A stretch of DNA of 64,000 bases from Eledone cirrhosa (taxonomy: Eukaryota). Both the position numbers and the translations under genes were made by a program. Under the pieces are notes generated by a model. The model was not told the DNA's origin, ran no database searches, and saw nothing but the letters and a program-made list of their open reading frames with translations. Of this stretch, positions 1-12,508 are shown one piece after another. The DNA lies in the NCBI GenBank assembly GCA_964016885.1, contig OZ024740.1, forward strand, positions 408,394,001-408,458,000, in the 5' to 3' direction. Numbering within the stretch: position 1 is the stretch's first letter; every line of letters starts with the position of its first letter.

Positions 1-2144
1 ATAAAAGCAGCTGCGAAATAACAGAATATATCTGGAGTGGAAAACGCAAGTGACATGTGATATCAGGTAGTGAAAAAAATGGGGAAGTAAAATGTGGAAT
101 GTGAAGATATTAGGTAAGTGAATCAAAAAGTAGGGGGGGGTTCACTGGTGGATGTGAAGTAAAAATAAAAATAAAATTAAAAATGAAAGTAAATCAGAAA
201 GAGAAGTCTGTAAAGAGGATAATTTAAGGAAAGTGAAGAACAAGAGTTTATGGAGGATAAGTATCTGAAAGTGAGTTAAGTTTATATGAGCTGGAAAGCA
301 AGTTAAATTTCGCTAGAAAGTTTATCAATATTTCTGATATTGAAGAGAATGTCATCTTGCATGCTAGAAACACTCTACTTTTTACTAATAATGACACTTG
401 GGTAAAAAAAATCTAACCCAGAGAACCCATTCGATGTCTCAATGGGTTCTTTTGACAGTGCTGATGTTTGTGATTTAGTCGGCTTATTCCTCCTACACAC
501 ACTTAAAGAGAAATTCCCTAACCATATTTTTGGGCTTTACCGCGACGATGGTCTAATACTTTCCCATACCACCATAGGCCATAACTTAGATAGATAAAGG
601 AAAGACTTAATAAAAACCTTCGCTAGTTTTAATCTTAAAATTACTATTGACACTAACCTTTCCAATGTTAATTTTCTAGATATAAACGTAGATCTGCCTA
701 CTGCTTCTTATAAACGATACCATAAACCTAATGAAAATTTAAAATATATAAATAAAGGCTCGTGCCATCCTCCTATAGTTTTTAAAAACCTTATCCCTAA
801 TATTAGCCGTAGGATCTCCACCCTCTCTTCCTCAGAAGCTATTTTCAATAAGGCATCCCCCTACTATAATAAAGCCCTTCAAAATAGCGGATTTAGCGAA
901 CCGATTAAGTACATACCCAACAATACTAACTCCTTTAAACATAATAATAGGAAAAGAAAAATAATCTGATTCACACACTCCTACTCTTTAGCAGTTAAAA
1001 CTAATGTAGGCAAAAAATTCCTAGAGTTCTTAGATAAACATTCCCCTAGAACACATAGATACTATAAGATCTTCAATAGAAACTGTGTCAAAATTAGCTA
1101 CTCCTGCGGTCACCCTATTAAATCTTATATCATCAATAAGAAAACACACGGAGAACATCAAAATTGCTCCTGTAGAGTCAAAAGTGAATGCCCATTACAA
1201 GGTAAATGCAACACCAAAGCCATTGTATATGCGGCTAAAGTGACAACCATCAGCAACAACCTACCAGCCACCAGCGAACGATATGTGGGTAGAACACAGA
1301 CAAATTCAAAACGCGTTATTACTCACATGTCGCATCTTTCCAACATCCAGAAAAAAGATTTACAACAGTTCTGGCTAGCAGAATATGGGATTTGAAAGAC
1401 CAAGGTATCCAATATAAATTGGATTGGTCAATTTTGAACCAATCTAAAGAATATGCAAGACGAATAAGAAGATGCGCACTCTGCATAAGTGAAAAATATT
1501 GGATTTTACAGAACCTTAAATCACCAAAAACCTGCCTAAACGCAAAAACAGAAATTTTCACCAGTTGCCCACACATGAAATCACACTTGCTTTCCAGCTC
1601 ATATAAACTTAACTCACTTTCAGATACTTAACTCACTTTCAGATACTTAACTCACTTTCAGATACTTAACTCACTTTCACTATCCTCCATAAACTCTTGT
1701 TCTTCACTTTCCTTAAATTATCCTCTTTACAGACTTCTCTTTCTGATTTACTTTCATTTTTAATTTTATTTTTATTTTTACTTCACATCCACCAGTGAAC
1801 CTCCCCTCTACTTTTTGATTCACTTACCTAATATCTTCACATTCCACATTTTACTTCCCCATTTTTTTCACTACCTGATACCACTTGTCACTTGCGTTTT
1901 CCACTCCAGATATATTCTGTTGTTTCGCAGCTGCTTTTATATTTGTACTCATTTATTCATACGGCTGGTTTATAATTTGTATCTATGTGTGTTTTTATAT
2001 CTATGTTTTTACATACTTATTTATACGTGTATGTGTGTGTGGGTGAATGTACGTGTATATGTATGTATATATGTGTATGTATGGGTGTGTATTTCATTTC
2101 ATTTTACGTCCGCTTTTTCCTTGCTTGCAAGGGTGGGACGGGAA

Positions 2145-2189
<45 letters not shown>

Positions 2190-3072
2190 GTACGTAAGTG
2201 TGATTAGATATACATGTGGCAATATATGTATATATGTGCCTCGTGTGTATGTATGTACGCATGCATGCACTTTTGTCTGTACGTATTTATATATATATAT
2301 TTTTATATATATATATGTGTGTACGTGCGTACCTATGTTTGTTTTCTTTTTTCTAGTGTTAATTGATAACCCCTCCCTCTTACTTTCTCTTTGATTTAAA
2401 AAATTTTTTTCATTCTCATATATTGTTTCATTTTTATACATATATCGAGAATGACACTTCTTTTTACTATTACACTCCCTTCCCTCTTTATCTTCCGCAT
2501 ATAAGTGATCGCGCGCGCATGTGTGTGTGTTTATACGCGTACTTTCATACTCGTATGTGTATATATTTAATACCTGTATCTGGATGTATGTTAACTATAT
2601 TATCTTACAATTTCTTTTTCAACTCATATTATATACGTATTTGTGGTCACACATACACAAATATACTTGCCCTCATATATGTACTTATGTACACATTTTC
2701 ACCATATACATGCATTTGTACATACACACATATGTACATTTGTGAGTGAATATACATACATATACACATACCCTAACTATATTTCCTTATTTTTTTATAT
2801 ATCTCTTGCATTACTTTTATTTATATATTTTTTTTGCCCATTAAACTCTTGCCTTTCTTGAGGAGATTTTTCAAATATTTCACTATGTTTTAAATTGTCT
2901 TGTCCGATGAACGAATGAGGACGTTTTTCGTATTCGTCTTATTCGGGAAACCTCTGGTAATGAGGTAATTATATTGTATTGTTTATTATACATTAAATTT
3001 AGCTCTGGTACTTAGATAGAGCACTCCTCACTCCTATGACTTTTTCAATTTTCAATGGAAACTTCAATACTT
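1..3072 (+). mobile_element. Penelope-like retroelement, Naiad-type, 5'-truncated with 5' inversion, decayed
   Basis: About 303-1631 encodes, with frameshifts and a stop, FDVSMGSFDSADVCDLVGLFLL..GLYRDDGL (RT), RKRKII*F..VKTNVGKKFL..KIFNRNCVKISYSC, CSCRVKSECPLQGKC and IVYAAKV..YVGRT..CALCISEK..LN (GIY-YIG). 1-302 is an inverted copy of 1587-1940. A hammerhead lies near the 3' end and the element terminates on (TA)n. Confidence 0.88.
2893..2970 (+). ncRNA. Type I hammerhead ribozyme of the Naiad-type PLE (CCGAUGA core variant)
   Basis: Stem I AATTGTCTTGT/ATGAGGTAATT (11 bp with G-U pairs), core CCGATGA, stem II CGAATGAGGACG/CGTCTTATTCG, then GAAA-CC-tct-GG-TA with a GUA cleavage triplet. Confidence 0.72.
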
Positions 3073-3089
3073 ATATATATATATATATA

Positions 3090-3347
3090 TAAACTTAAAC
3101 CTACAGTCAGTAGTACCTCTTAACCCATTTCTGTCCACTGTAAAGTGGTCGTGTAGGAGACACGGTAAAAAGTCTCCCAGTCCACACTGTAAATGTGGTT
3201 GGTGTTAGGAAGGATATTCAGCCATAGAAAACCTGCCAAAAACAGTTCTGTAGAAGCAAGACACGATCTCCCGACCAATCTCGCCTCGAGTGGGACAACC
3301 GACCAACCCATGCTAGCATGGAAGATGGATGTTAAATGATGATGATC
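3090..3347 (+). mobile_element. RTE-clade LINE 3' UTR fragment
   Basis: Same 3' UTR as the long RTE copies (ttggtgttaggaagg..catgctagcatggaagatgga), ending in (ATG)n. Confidence 0.75.
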
Positions 3348-3380
<33 letters not shown>

Positions 3381-4635
3381 CATGCTAGCATGGAAGATAG
3401 ACGTTAAACGATGATGATATATATGATATATATATAAAATATATAAAAAAATATATATATATAGGAGAGTGTAAATATTGATCTTTGGTTAAATATCATA
3501 TCTTTTTGTAGATAGATATTTTTCAATTAAATGATTGTTGAAATGACAAACAGATAAATAGAAAGAACTGCAAAATAACAAACAAACAAACATAAATTAT
3601 CTCTGTATGAAATATGGAAATGTGAGTTGAAAGATAGGAAGATTTCAGATTGATTTAGAGTCCAGTTGAATTAAGATCAAGCAAGATTTAAGCATAGGAA
3701 TAATATAGTCTAGGATTTTGTAAGATTATTGTATCATTTGAGACTGAGCTGCTGATTGATTGTTAGCAAATATCCAGTGACATATATACTTTATATGATC
3801 TATAGAATCATGGATGTAATGCTGAATGCTAGAATGTGTCTCATATTTTATTAAAGCTATTGGTAAAGACAATATTTTAAAGTTCAAATAAGTAATAATT
3901 ACTTAATAATAAATACTATTATCAATACCAGTTTATTGGTCAAGTGATCATGTTGACATTAGCTGTGATGATTGACTAGAATGGACATCGTGGCATTACA
4001 GTAATGTATAGAGTTTATATTCTCTATAGAAGTAAGACAATGATGCCTTGTTAATCATCATCATCATCATCATCGTTATCAATATCAGCATCATCATTAT
4101 CATCATCTTTTCTTGGCTACTGCAACCAAGACAGCATACAGTCCTCAGGCCTTATGTGAAGGTGTAACCCCTGCCTTTGGAGACTAATAGTGTAAATAAA
4201 GATCAGTTTGAATTTCTAGAAGGGAAAATGTGAACAGACAGAGTACTGAAAGGTTACAATTATGGAATAACTGAGTGAAGTATTTAGTACAACTTTTGGG
4301 CCTGAACTGGATGTAAATAGAATTTAGAAACAATAGCATCAAATTCACAGAAAATGAGTATAGTCTATTGAACTGATTCCTCTATATGACAGATAATTTA
4401 TTTTATTAATTCTGGAGGGATAAGAGGTAAAGTTAGCCTGATTGGAGCTTGGATTATATAGGAACAAGACTAATTAAAATCGTAATTTAATATATCACCT
4501 TACCATTTCTGATTTGATAATAATAATAATAATAATGTTTTCTTTATTAACTACAAGGGTTGATACAAAGTATAACATTAAGGACAACACAGAACGGTAT
4601 TATCCTTAATGTTATGCTTTGTGGTTAATAAAAAA

Positions 4636-4689
<54 letters not shown>

Positions 4690-4692
<3 letters not shown>

Positions 4693-5460
4693 AGTGCTAG
4701 TATGGGACATCCTGGTATTATATGGTCAGTGCGTCACATATCCTGCATTTGGGGTCTGCTCCATTTCTGAGAATATTTGCCTGTGAATTCCTAGTATAGA
4801 GGCTTTGGTTCTTGACAACAAAAATAAAGCCTTCTGTTTCAGCCTTTAATCCTGAAGTTCGTAGCCACCAATGGGTTTGTGATTGACCTACATCAGCATT
4901 GTTGGTGTGAAGTGGGAATTGGCAGTGCAGAGGTTTTTGTTGCTATCTTTCTCTAAATTTTTTTAGACCTTCTAGCTTTGACTTGCTTCTGTGGATTTTT
5001 GCTGCCTTAGTTACAATTAAGTCATTATTTAGGTGTATGTTTTCAGCTTTTAGTTCTTTCTTGTACTTTCCAGCCTCTTTCATTACTAAATGGAGTTTCT
5101 TCGAGTTTTTGTATTCTCTTACTAATACCATCATCCAGTTATTGGTGCTCTCTAGGTATGTTTGTAATCCTATTGTAGCCATTTTGTATGACAGTGCCAG
5201 TTGGATTAGTCCTCTACCTCCTTATTGTCATGGCAAATATAGGTGATGTATGTCTGCCTTGGGGTGATGCATTTTGTTGACTGTAAGGAGGTTTCGAGTT
5301 TTGGAGTCCATTCTTTGAAGATCAGATAAGTTCCAATTGATAATGTTATAACTGTATCATACCACTTGTACACCTAAGATGTTTATAGCCTGGAAACGGT
5401 TTTTAGAATTTAGTTCAGTTTTCAGGATCAGCCTTACTCTTCTGTAATAATCTTTTAAGA
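4690..5460 (-). mobile_element. R4/Dong-like (restriction-like endonuclease) non-LTR retrotransposon remnant
   Basis: The minus strand reads ELNSKNRFQAIN..WNLSDLQRMDSKTRNLLT..HHPKADIHHLYLP..GGRGL..LKAETEGFIF..DPKCRIC with stops. It abuts a (TTA)n tract. Confidence 0.75.
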
Positions 5461-5959
5461 CCAATTTTGCAGCTTATATTTTTAGTTGTAGAATATACAA
5501 GGTTGTTAAGAGAGGTGAAATCATTTTCGCTTTTGTCTAAAATCTCCCTCATTGCAGCATTGTAAATTTTGATCTTATGAGTATTCATTATTTTGTTGTC
5601 CTTACGGGGTCGATAAAATAAAGTACCAGTAATGCACTGATAATTGCTGGCCTTCTGCCAAAAGTAGAAACAATTATTTTGTTGTTCTAAAACTTAAGTA
5701 GTTTGTCTCTCTTTCATTTTGATGCATAAGTTTTTACTTAATTCTCTGACAATGTCTTCTTTAGCTTCTGCAATGTCTTGGGCATTGTCTTCTAGAAGCC
5801 TGTGACTGTTTTCATTATCCTCAGCAGCTGGTTCCCTAAGTTGTTATCAATTGTTTCTATCATTGTTCTCATGTCAGGCTGTATTGGTATTTCTGGTTCT
5901 CTGTTATTACATTGTGGTCTTATCTGATCTAATTCAATCAATGTCAATTTGTTTTCTTT

Positions 5960-6650
5960 TACAATGTATCTATATAAAGAAGGCCGAGGGGGTCTTAGCA
6001 TCATTCAGAAAGACCTTTGTCAGCCGCTCTCCAGCTATCTATTTAAAGGTGTATATAGCTATAGTGTGGCCACACTTAGAATTTGCATTACCAGTCTGGA
6101 ACCCCTATGTTGCTCAGAATATTGACCGCCTAGAAACTGTTCAGAGACATGGAACCAAGCAAATACCCTCCATCAGGCATCTACCATACTCTGAATGGAT
6201 ACCTTGAAGCTCCGACGTCTGGCAACTGACTTGGTAAACACCCACAAAATTATTAACCATCTTGCCAACAACAACCCTGAGTACCTTTTTGAATTTCATG
6301 TATCTAACACATGGGGGCCTGCCCACAAAGTCAGAAAACAGCACAGCTCCCATGACTTTCTGAAACATTTTTTTTTATGCTCAGAGTTGCTGAAGCTTGG
6401 AACAAACTACTTGCATCAGTTGTTAGCTGTTGAGACACTGCATCCTTTAAAACCTCCATGTTTCTTGAAATTCACCAACACTACACCTAATATCTCCCCT
6501 TCATACACACGCACACATGTATATCATGACTCATACACTATTCACTTCCCTGATATTTGTATATTATTCTATGTACTATACATGCACCTTTGACGAGTTG
6601 TAGTGCACCTGAGTACTGTACACAATAATTTCATTATTATATTATTATTA
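5960..6650 (+). mobile_element. CR1-clade LINE 3' end
   Basis: Reads YIAIVWPHLEFALPVWNPY..IDRLETVQR..LPYSE..LKLRRLATDL..RVAEAWNKL and ends in an (ATT)n tail. Confidence 0.8.
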
Positions 6651-6959
6651 TATGTGTGTTTATTGACATCTCTGTACAGACAGATGTATTCACCAGCCAG
6701 TTTCCTCTATTCAGTGTATGTTTTTTTTGTAACATTTGATTGGGGGTTGTTTAATGCCAGATAGAATTACATTATAACCTGTTTATATTCCTTCCTGGTC
6801 CATGTTTGTTTTCTTTTTTGTTCCACTTGTCAACTTTCAATCCTAGCCTTTTGCATCACTGGGAAACGCATCCCTTGGAAACCTCCATGATGGATGATAC
6901 AGTACAATTTAGGGGTTTAGGCATTTTGCACTTATGAATTATTATTATTGTTGTTCTTT

Positions 6960-7610
6960 GAATCTCAGTCATGTATGTTATTTAACTGGAAAGTTTGTTG
7001 GAATGAATATCAAGCCGCTACCTGCAGCCTCAGATATTCAGGATGTATCGGAGGGTTCTTGCTGTTCCCAGCATGCCTTTTGAAGTGTTCCAAAAAACGG
7101 GGCTGGACTAATCTTCTTTAACCATCCCTGGAAACCCCTTGAGATAGTACCTAGTGCTCCTATGACAATCGGGACAACCTTGATCTCATGGCAGTTCCAA
7201 ATCCTTTTTAACTCCCACTTTAAATCCTGGTATTGGTTAATTTTCTCCCTCTCCTTCTCTTGCACTCTCATGTCAAATGGGCAGGCTACATCTACAATCA
7301 GGCACAATCTTTTTTCCTTGTCCAAAACCAACTTGTCCGTCTGTATCCTAAAATCCCATAGCACCTGCACCTGATCGTTTTCCATCACCGACTCTGGCTT
7401 ATGCTCATATCACTTCTCAGAGTGTGGTAAATTGTTTAGTTTGCATAGATGCCAGTCAATCACCTTTCCTATCATATCATGTCTCCAGCCTTTATAGTGA
7501 GTCTGGGCTAGGTGTTTACACTCAGATACAATGTGAGCCATGGTCTCCTCTCTCCACAGATCCTACATAGTGAGCTAGCCTCCTCCTTGTCAATATGGTG
7601 TTTCACCTAC
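6960..7610 (-). mobile_element. R4/Dong-like LINE 3' end (zinc knuckle plus restriction-like endonuclease)
   Basis: ORF 7038-7388 reads ENDQVQVLWDFRIQTD..IVDVACPFD..EKINQYQDLKWELKRIW..VVPIVIGALG. Upstream on the minus strand are HIVSECKHLAQTHY and RHD motifs. Confidence 0.82.
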
Positions 7611-7615
7611 TTATT

Positions 7616-7832
7616 GTGGTGGATTGGCAGTGTCAGTAGAGCATTGGACAACATGCTTTGCAGTATGGAGTTGTGACCCTTTATGATCTGAGTTCAAATC
7701 CCGCCGAGGATAACTTTGCCTTTCATCCTTACGGGGTCGATAAAATAAAGTACCAGTCACGCACTGGGGTCGATTTAATCAATTTTTCCCTCCGCAAAAT
7801 TGCTGGCCTTGTGCCTATACAAGAAACCATTA

Positions 7833-7870
<38 letters not shown>

Positions 7871-8086
7871 GGTTGGTGGATTGGCAGTATCGGTAGAGCA
7901 TCAGACACCATGCTTTGCAGCATAGAGTTACCGCTCTTTATGTTCTGAGTTCAAATCCCGCTGAGGTTAACTTTGCCTTTCATCCTTACAGGGTTGATAA
8001 AATAAAGTACCAGTCATGCACTGGGGTCGATTTAATTGACTTCCCCCTCCTCCAAAATTGCTGGCCTTGTGCCTATATAAGAAACC
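7616..8086 (+). mobile_element. Tandem pair of tRNA-derived SINE family 1 (Meta-domain-like core)
   Basis: Two copies of about 215 bp separated by (ATT)n. Each has A/B-box-like ggattggcag..gagttcaaatccc and the core gcctttcatccttacggggtcgataaaataaagtaccagt. Confidence 0.8.
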
Positions 8087-9308
8087 CTTATTTCTCAAAT
8101 TCTAATTTTTCACATAATATATTCTAGCTAAATTTGATGTATCCTAGTTTAAATTTTGATGGAAGAATGTAATCAATTTATAGTATAATATAATATTTAT
8201 ATTATAATAATGACAAAATCTCTTCTTATAAGGTTTGAATATATATGGAAGAAACTAACTGTTACAAGGCATTGGACCTAACATTGAAAACATTTTCAGG
8301 GGTACCTTCTGTATAAAGAACATGAAAAGTTCAGATTAGTATATGGATATAGTGAACTAAAGGTAATTTTGAATTAATTGAAATTACACTCGTAATGAGA
8401 AGAAAAGTCATTAGAATTAATCTCAAGATGAGTAAGGGAAAGAACTCTGAAATATAAATTTAATTAAAAATTAAAAGAAGCTATGCAGTGGGGAGTAAAT
8501 CTGATCTTTGGCACTCTCTATGTCACACCACTATAGTATTCTGATTCAGAAGAACATAAGAAGTTGATAAGTGGCTTAATTGATTTTGAAATGCAATTTA
8601 TGATAGACGTCTACGTTTGTAGCTAGATGGATGGGTAGATTAATTGATTGATTTTGGTGTTAGAAACAAACTTGCCATAGATTCATAGGCTTAAATACAA
8701 TGATTAAAGTAAAAATGAATATCTTCTTAAAAAGATCTCTTCCATTGCACTAAAGATCAGCTTGGAAGAAATCAACCATACCTTCTTCTTGTTTTGCATT
8801 GTTGCTATTTATACCTATGCTGCAGAGTGGTGGTAAGCTCTCAGAAAGCTTATTTGTGATACAGTTTTCATTCCCAAATGTTCCAACTTAATAGGTGTGA
8901 CTGTATGCTTAACCTTTTAGTATTTACATTACTCTATATATACTATTGTATTTTCCTGGAAAAGGCTTTATCTTACATAATATTGAATCTATGAGATTTT
9001 GATATTATTTATTTTAAGAACAATACCTTAACGTCAGTGTGAGCTGCCAGTTACAGCTGGTTTGAACAGAAAGAGGTGAGAGAATGCTGGTTGGATATAT
9101 CCAGTTTAAATGTGGAAGGCTTAAGAAGTTTGCTTGGCAACTACATGGTTCAGGTTTGAATTCATTGTGTGGCACTCTGGTCTTTTGCCATGGTTTTATG
9201 TCAACTAAAGCCATCTGAATGAGATTTGGTAAACAGAAACTATTTTTATTTGATAGACATAATCTGTTGCCTGATACACCACCACTATCTGGCTCTTAGG
9301 TATCTTAA

Positions 9309-9528
9309 CCCTTTAGCATTTAAACTGGCCATATCCGGCCAGAATTCTCTCACCTCTTTCTGTTCAAAGTGGTGTAACTGGCAGCTCATACTGACATTAA
9401 GGTATTGTTCTCAAAATAAATAACATAAAAATCTCATAGATTCGATATTATGTGAGATAATTATGTAAGATAAAGCCTTTACCGCAAAAATGCAATGGTA
9501 TATATAGAATAAGGTAAATGCTAAAGGG
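9309..9528. mobile_element. TTAA-flanked (piggyBac-type) MITE family A, 220 bp
   Basis: TTAA|CCCTTTAGCATTTA..TAAATGCTAAAGGG|TTAA. An inverted partial copy lies at about 8910-9110. Confidence 0.85.
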
Positions 9529-10309
9529 TTAAGCAGAGAGATCTCATCCTGTTGCAAACATTTGGGCCAGATCTCCAATCTGAAGATAATTCTTTTCAGT
9601 TTCTATCACCAATTAAAAATGTTGTTTTCTGCCCTTCCTCCTCCAAGTAAGCCATTAAAAAAACACTCTTTGTAATTGACTACTTGAGACGGTTGACATC
9701 TCTTAGCGGCAATGTCATCTTTAATTCCTTGGATTGTGGCGGAATAAAATCCCGACACTCAGTATGTTTTATTTATTTAATGTTATCATTTACTATTTCA
9801 TCTTGCTTCCTTTTTCAGATGACAATTTTATTATCTTTTCATCAATGTTTGCCCATATAAAATCCACTTTTTTTATATCTAATTTATGATAGATGTAGCT
9901 GAAGAAAGCAATAAGCTGCTACATTACCATCTAAAGGAGTCAATGGTTTGCATCCAATTAATTTTTTATGCTGTATCTATGGCAAATGTACAAACTCTCA
10001 GTTGCTCAATTCACTTTACTAGCAATACATACAATGGATGTACAACTACTTGCTATAAAACAGGTGGAACATGAAATAGTTGAGGAAGAGTATTGTTGAT
10101 TAAAGTGTCTCCAGGACATGGCTTGTATTTATTTTGTTGATTCTTCTGAAATAAAATTAAAGTTGAGCCTGTGAATTTAAGGAACGTTTTACTAGTTTAT
10201 ACTGTTGGATTCAAAAGCTCCTATGTAACCATGACAGAAACAGAGGTTCTTATTAATCGATTCTATAACCATGCCAAAGTGTACTCTAATAATGATTTCT
10301 TGTATAAGC

Positions 10310-10484
10310 ACAAGACCAGTCATTTGGGGGAGAGGAAGTATGTTACTGGTGCTTTATTTTATTGACCCCGTAAGGATGAAAGGTAAAGTTAACCTCGGTG
10401 GGATTTGAACTCAGACCATAAAGGACCGTAACTCTTTGCTGCAAAGCATGGCATCCGACCCTCTACCGATACTGCGAATCCACC
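10310..10484 (-). mobile_element. SINE family 1 copy
   Basis: Reverse complement of the gcctttcatccttacggggtc core and head. Confidence 0.75.
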
Positions 10485-10830
10485 GAGTCTACTCAAATAA
10501 TGTAACTTAGGTTAAGCTTGTGGTACTGAGGGGGAAAAGACATGTTAGTTTTTACATATTTAGTGAAACATAGATAATCATAGATTCATTCTTCAACAAT
10601 GTAGTGGAATGTTCTTACATAATAACTAAGATGAGATCACTAAATATATACGAGTGAGACATGGTCTCCTGACCAATCTCGTCTAAAGTGGGACAAAACC
10701 GTCCAACCCATGCTAGCGTAGAAGATGGCCGTTAAACAATGATGATGATGATGATGATGATATATATATATGTATATATATATATATCATCATCATCATC
10801 ATCATCACAATGTGTATATATCTATGTGTG

Positions 10831-10870
<40 letters not shown>

Positions 10871-12326
10871 TGTATTACATCCATTTTTACATGGTTGTTA
10901 GGTACATGTAGAAACGTTATTTAGTGGAGCAGTTGTTTTTACAGCTGGATGCCCTTTCTATTACTAACAGTGAAGTAGGAGTGAAGTGTGGAAATTTATT
11001 TAGATAGATTCAGATTTAAAGAAAATAACACAAAGACACTATGGAATAAATTCTTGAAATGTTACAGAGAAGAGGATGTAAGAATTGTGTCTAATCTACT
11101 ATGTGTTCTTGAAGGACAGCCATTCCTTGATAGTGACACTTCAAAAACTAATGGTATTTACAAACCTGAAAGTGTTACACACAAACAAAACAGCAGGTAA
11201 ACCCAGAGAGATGACCTTCATAGTTATTTTGTAACTAGCTGATATTCTTATATCACATTTTTCTATTACGTAAAATAGGTTTTTAAAAACAAGTGCTTTA
11301 CCTGCACAATGTAGATAATTATGGATTGCTGCTTTGCACAAGAAACAATTTATAAGTGACATCTGTCTTCTATATTGTGTTGGAGTCTATTAGTAGAGCA
11401 CTATAGTTAGCAACAACCTATCGGGTAAGGAAGTGGATGGCTTTTACTGTAGAGAAAGACATAATTAAAATAATATTTACAGATTTTGAGAATACCAAAT
11501 ACTCTTCAAAGCTATTATAAAACATTAAATATTCTAACATCGTTTGAGGACCACATGCACATTTTAATTAATTTTGAAAATAACCAAATATTTGCAGGAA
11601 TTTAATAAAATAACTAACCCATGCTAGAGTAGAAGATGGACGTTAAATGACGATGAGGATGGTGATGAACTTAGTTATTCATTAGTAAGCTGATATTTCG
11701 AACATTACTTCACAAAAAATTATAAAATAAAATTATGATGAAAGGTTTTAATAAAAAGATAAACATTTTACAATCAGGAGTTTTGTATCATAAAACTAGG
11801 AGCTGTTTGTATCAAAAGGGTTATCAAATTTCTTAACCATTTTAATACCAAACTGCCCCTATTTTATGAAAGAAAACTCCACGTTTTTTTTAAATGTTTA
11901 ATTTGATTTGTCTTGAATCATCTTTAGTAGAGTCCACTCTGTTGCAAGCATTCAGACCATGTCTCAGGCATGAGGATAAATTTCTTTTATCCTCTTACCA
12001 GTCAGCAAAGACAATGAAAAGGTTTATCAAGCCATAAAAAGTGTAAAAATAAATGATAAACAAAAATAGTTAACATAAAAAATGTCAATATTTAGGAAAC
12101 CCTTCTTCTTTGCCCACTTATTCCTGAGAGGGTCGTGGGGGCAGAGTCCTTAAATACTCCTTCGATTGAGTCCTGTCAGAAGCAACTGTCTCCAACTGAT
12201 ACAACTGAATCCCCAAGCGAGGCCAGCCAAGCTCATGGATGTTAACCAACCATCTTACTTGGGGTCTACCCCTGGGTCTCCTGCCAGTTGGTTTTGCACA
12301 TAAAATTTGTCAAAACCTTTTCTAAT

Positions 12327-12508
12327 AATTGTTTCTACTTTTGGCACAAGGCCAGCAATTACCCAGTGCATTACTGGTACTTTATTTTATCGACCCCATA
12401 AGGATGAAAGGCAAAGTTAACCAGGATTTGAACTCAGAATGGCAAGGGCCGTAACTCTATGCATCAAATCATGGCGTCCGACCCTCTACCGATGCTGCCA
12501 ATCCACCA
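12327..12508 (-). mobile_element. SINE family 1 copy
   Basis: Near full-length reverse-complement copy. Confidence 0.78.

Noticed and set aside
967-969. In-frame TGA in the Naiad-type ORF, as possible selenocysteine recoding (some Naiads are reported to encode Sec)
   Set aside because: It falls at a conserved Trp (RKRKIIWF), so TGG to TGA is the simple explanation. The Cys positions use ordinary Cys codons and the copy also has frameshifts.
8233-8362. AG..GT-bounded exon-like segment
   Set aside because: There are stops in all three frames, and I have no evidence for a non-coding exon.
10988-11200. 70-aa ORF ending near a CAG|gtaaac donor-like site
   Set aside because: No resemblance to FAM20B or any family I recognise, and the nearest acceptor-like context is a decayed RTE UTR motif.
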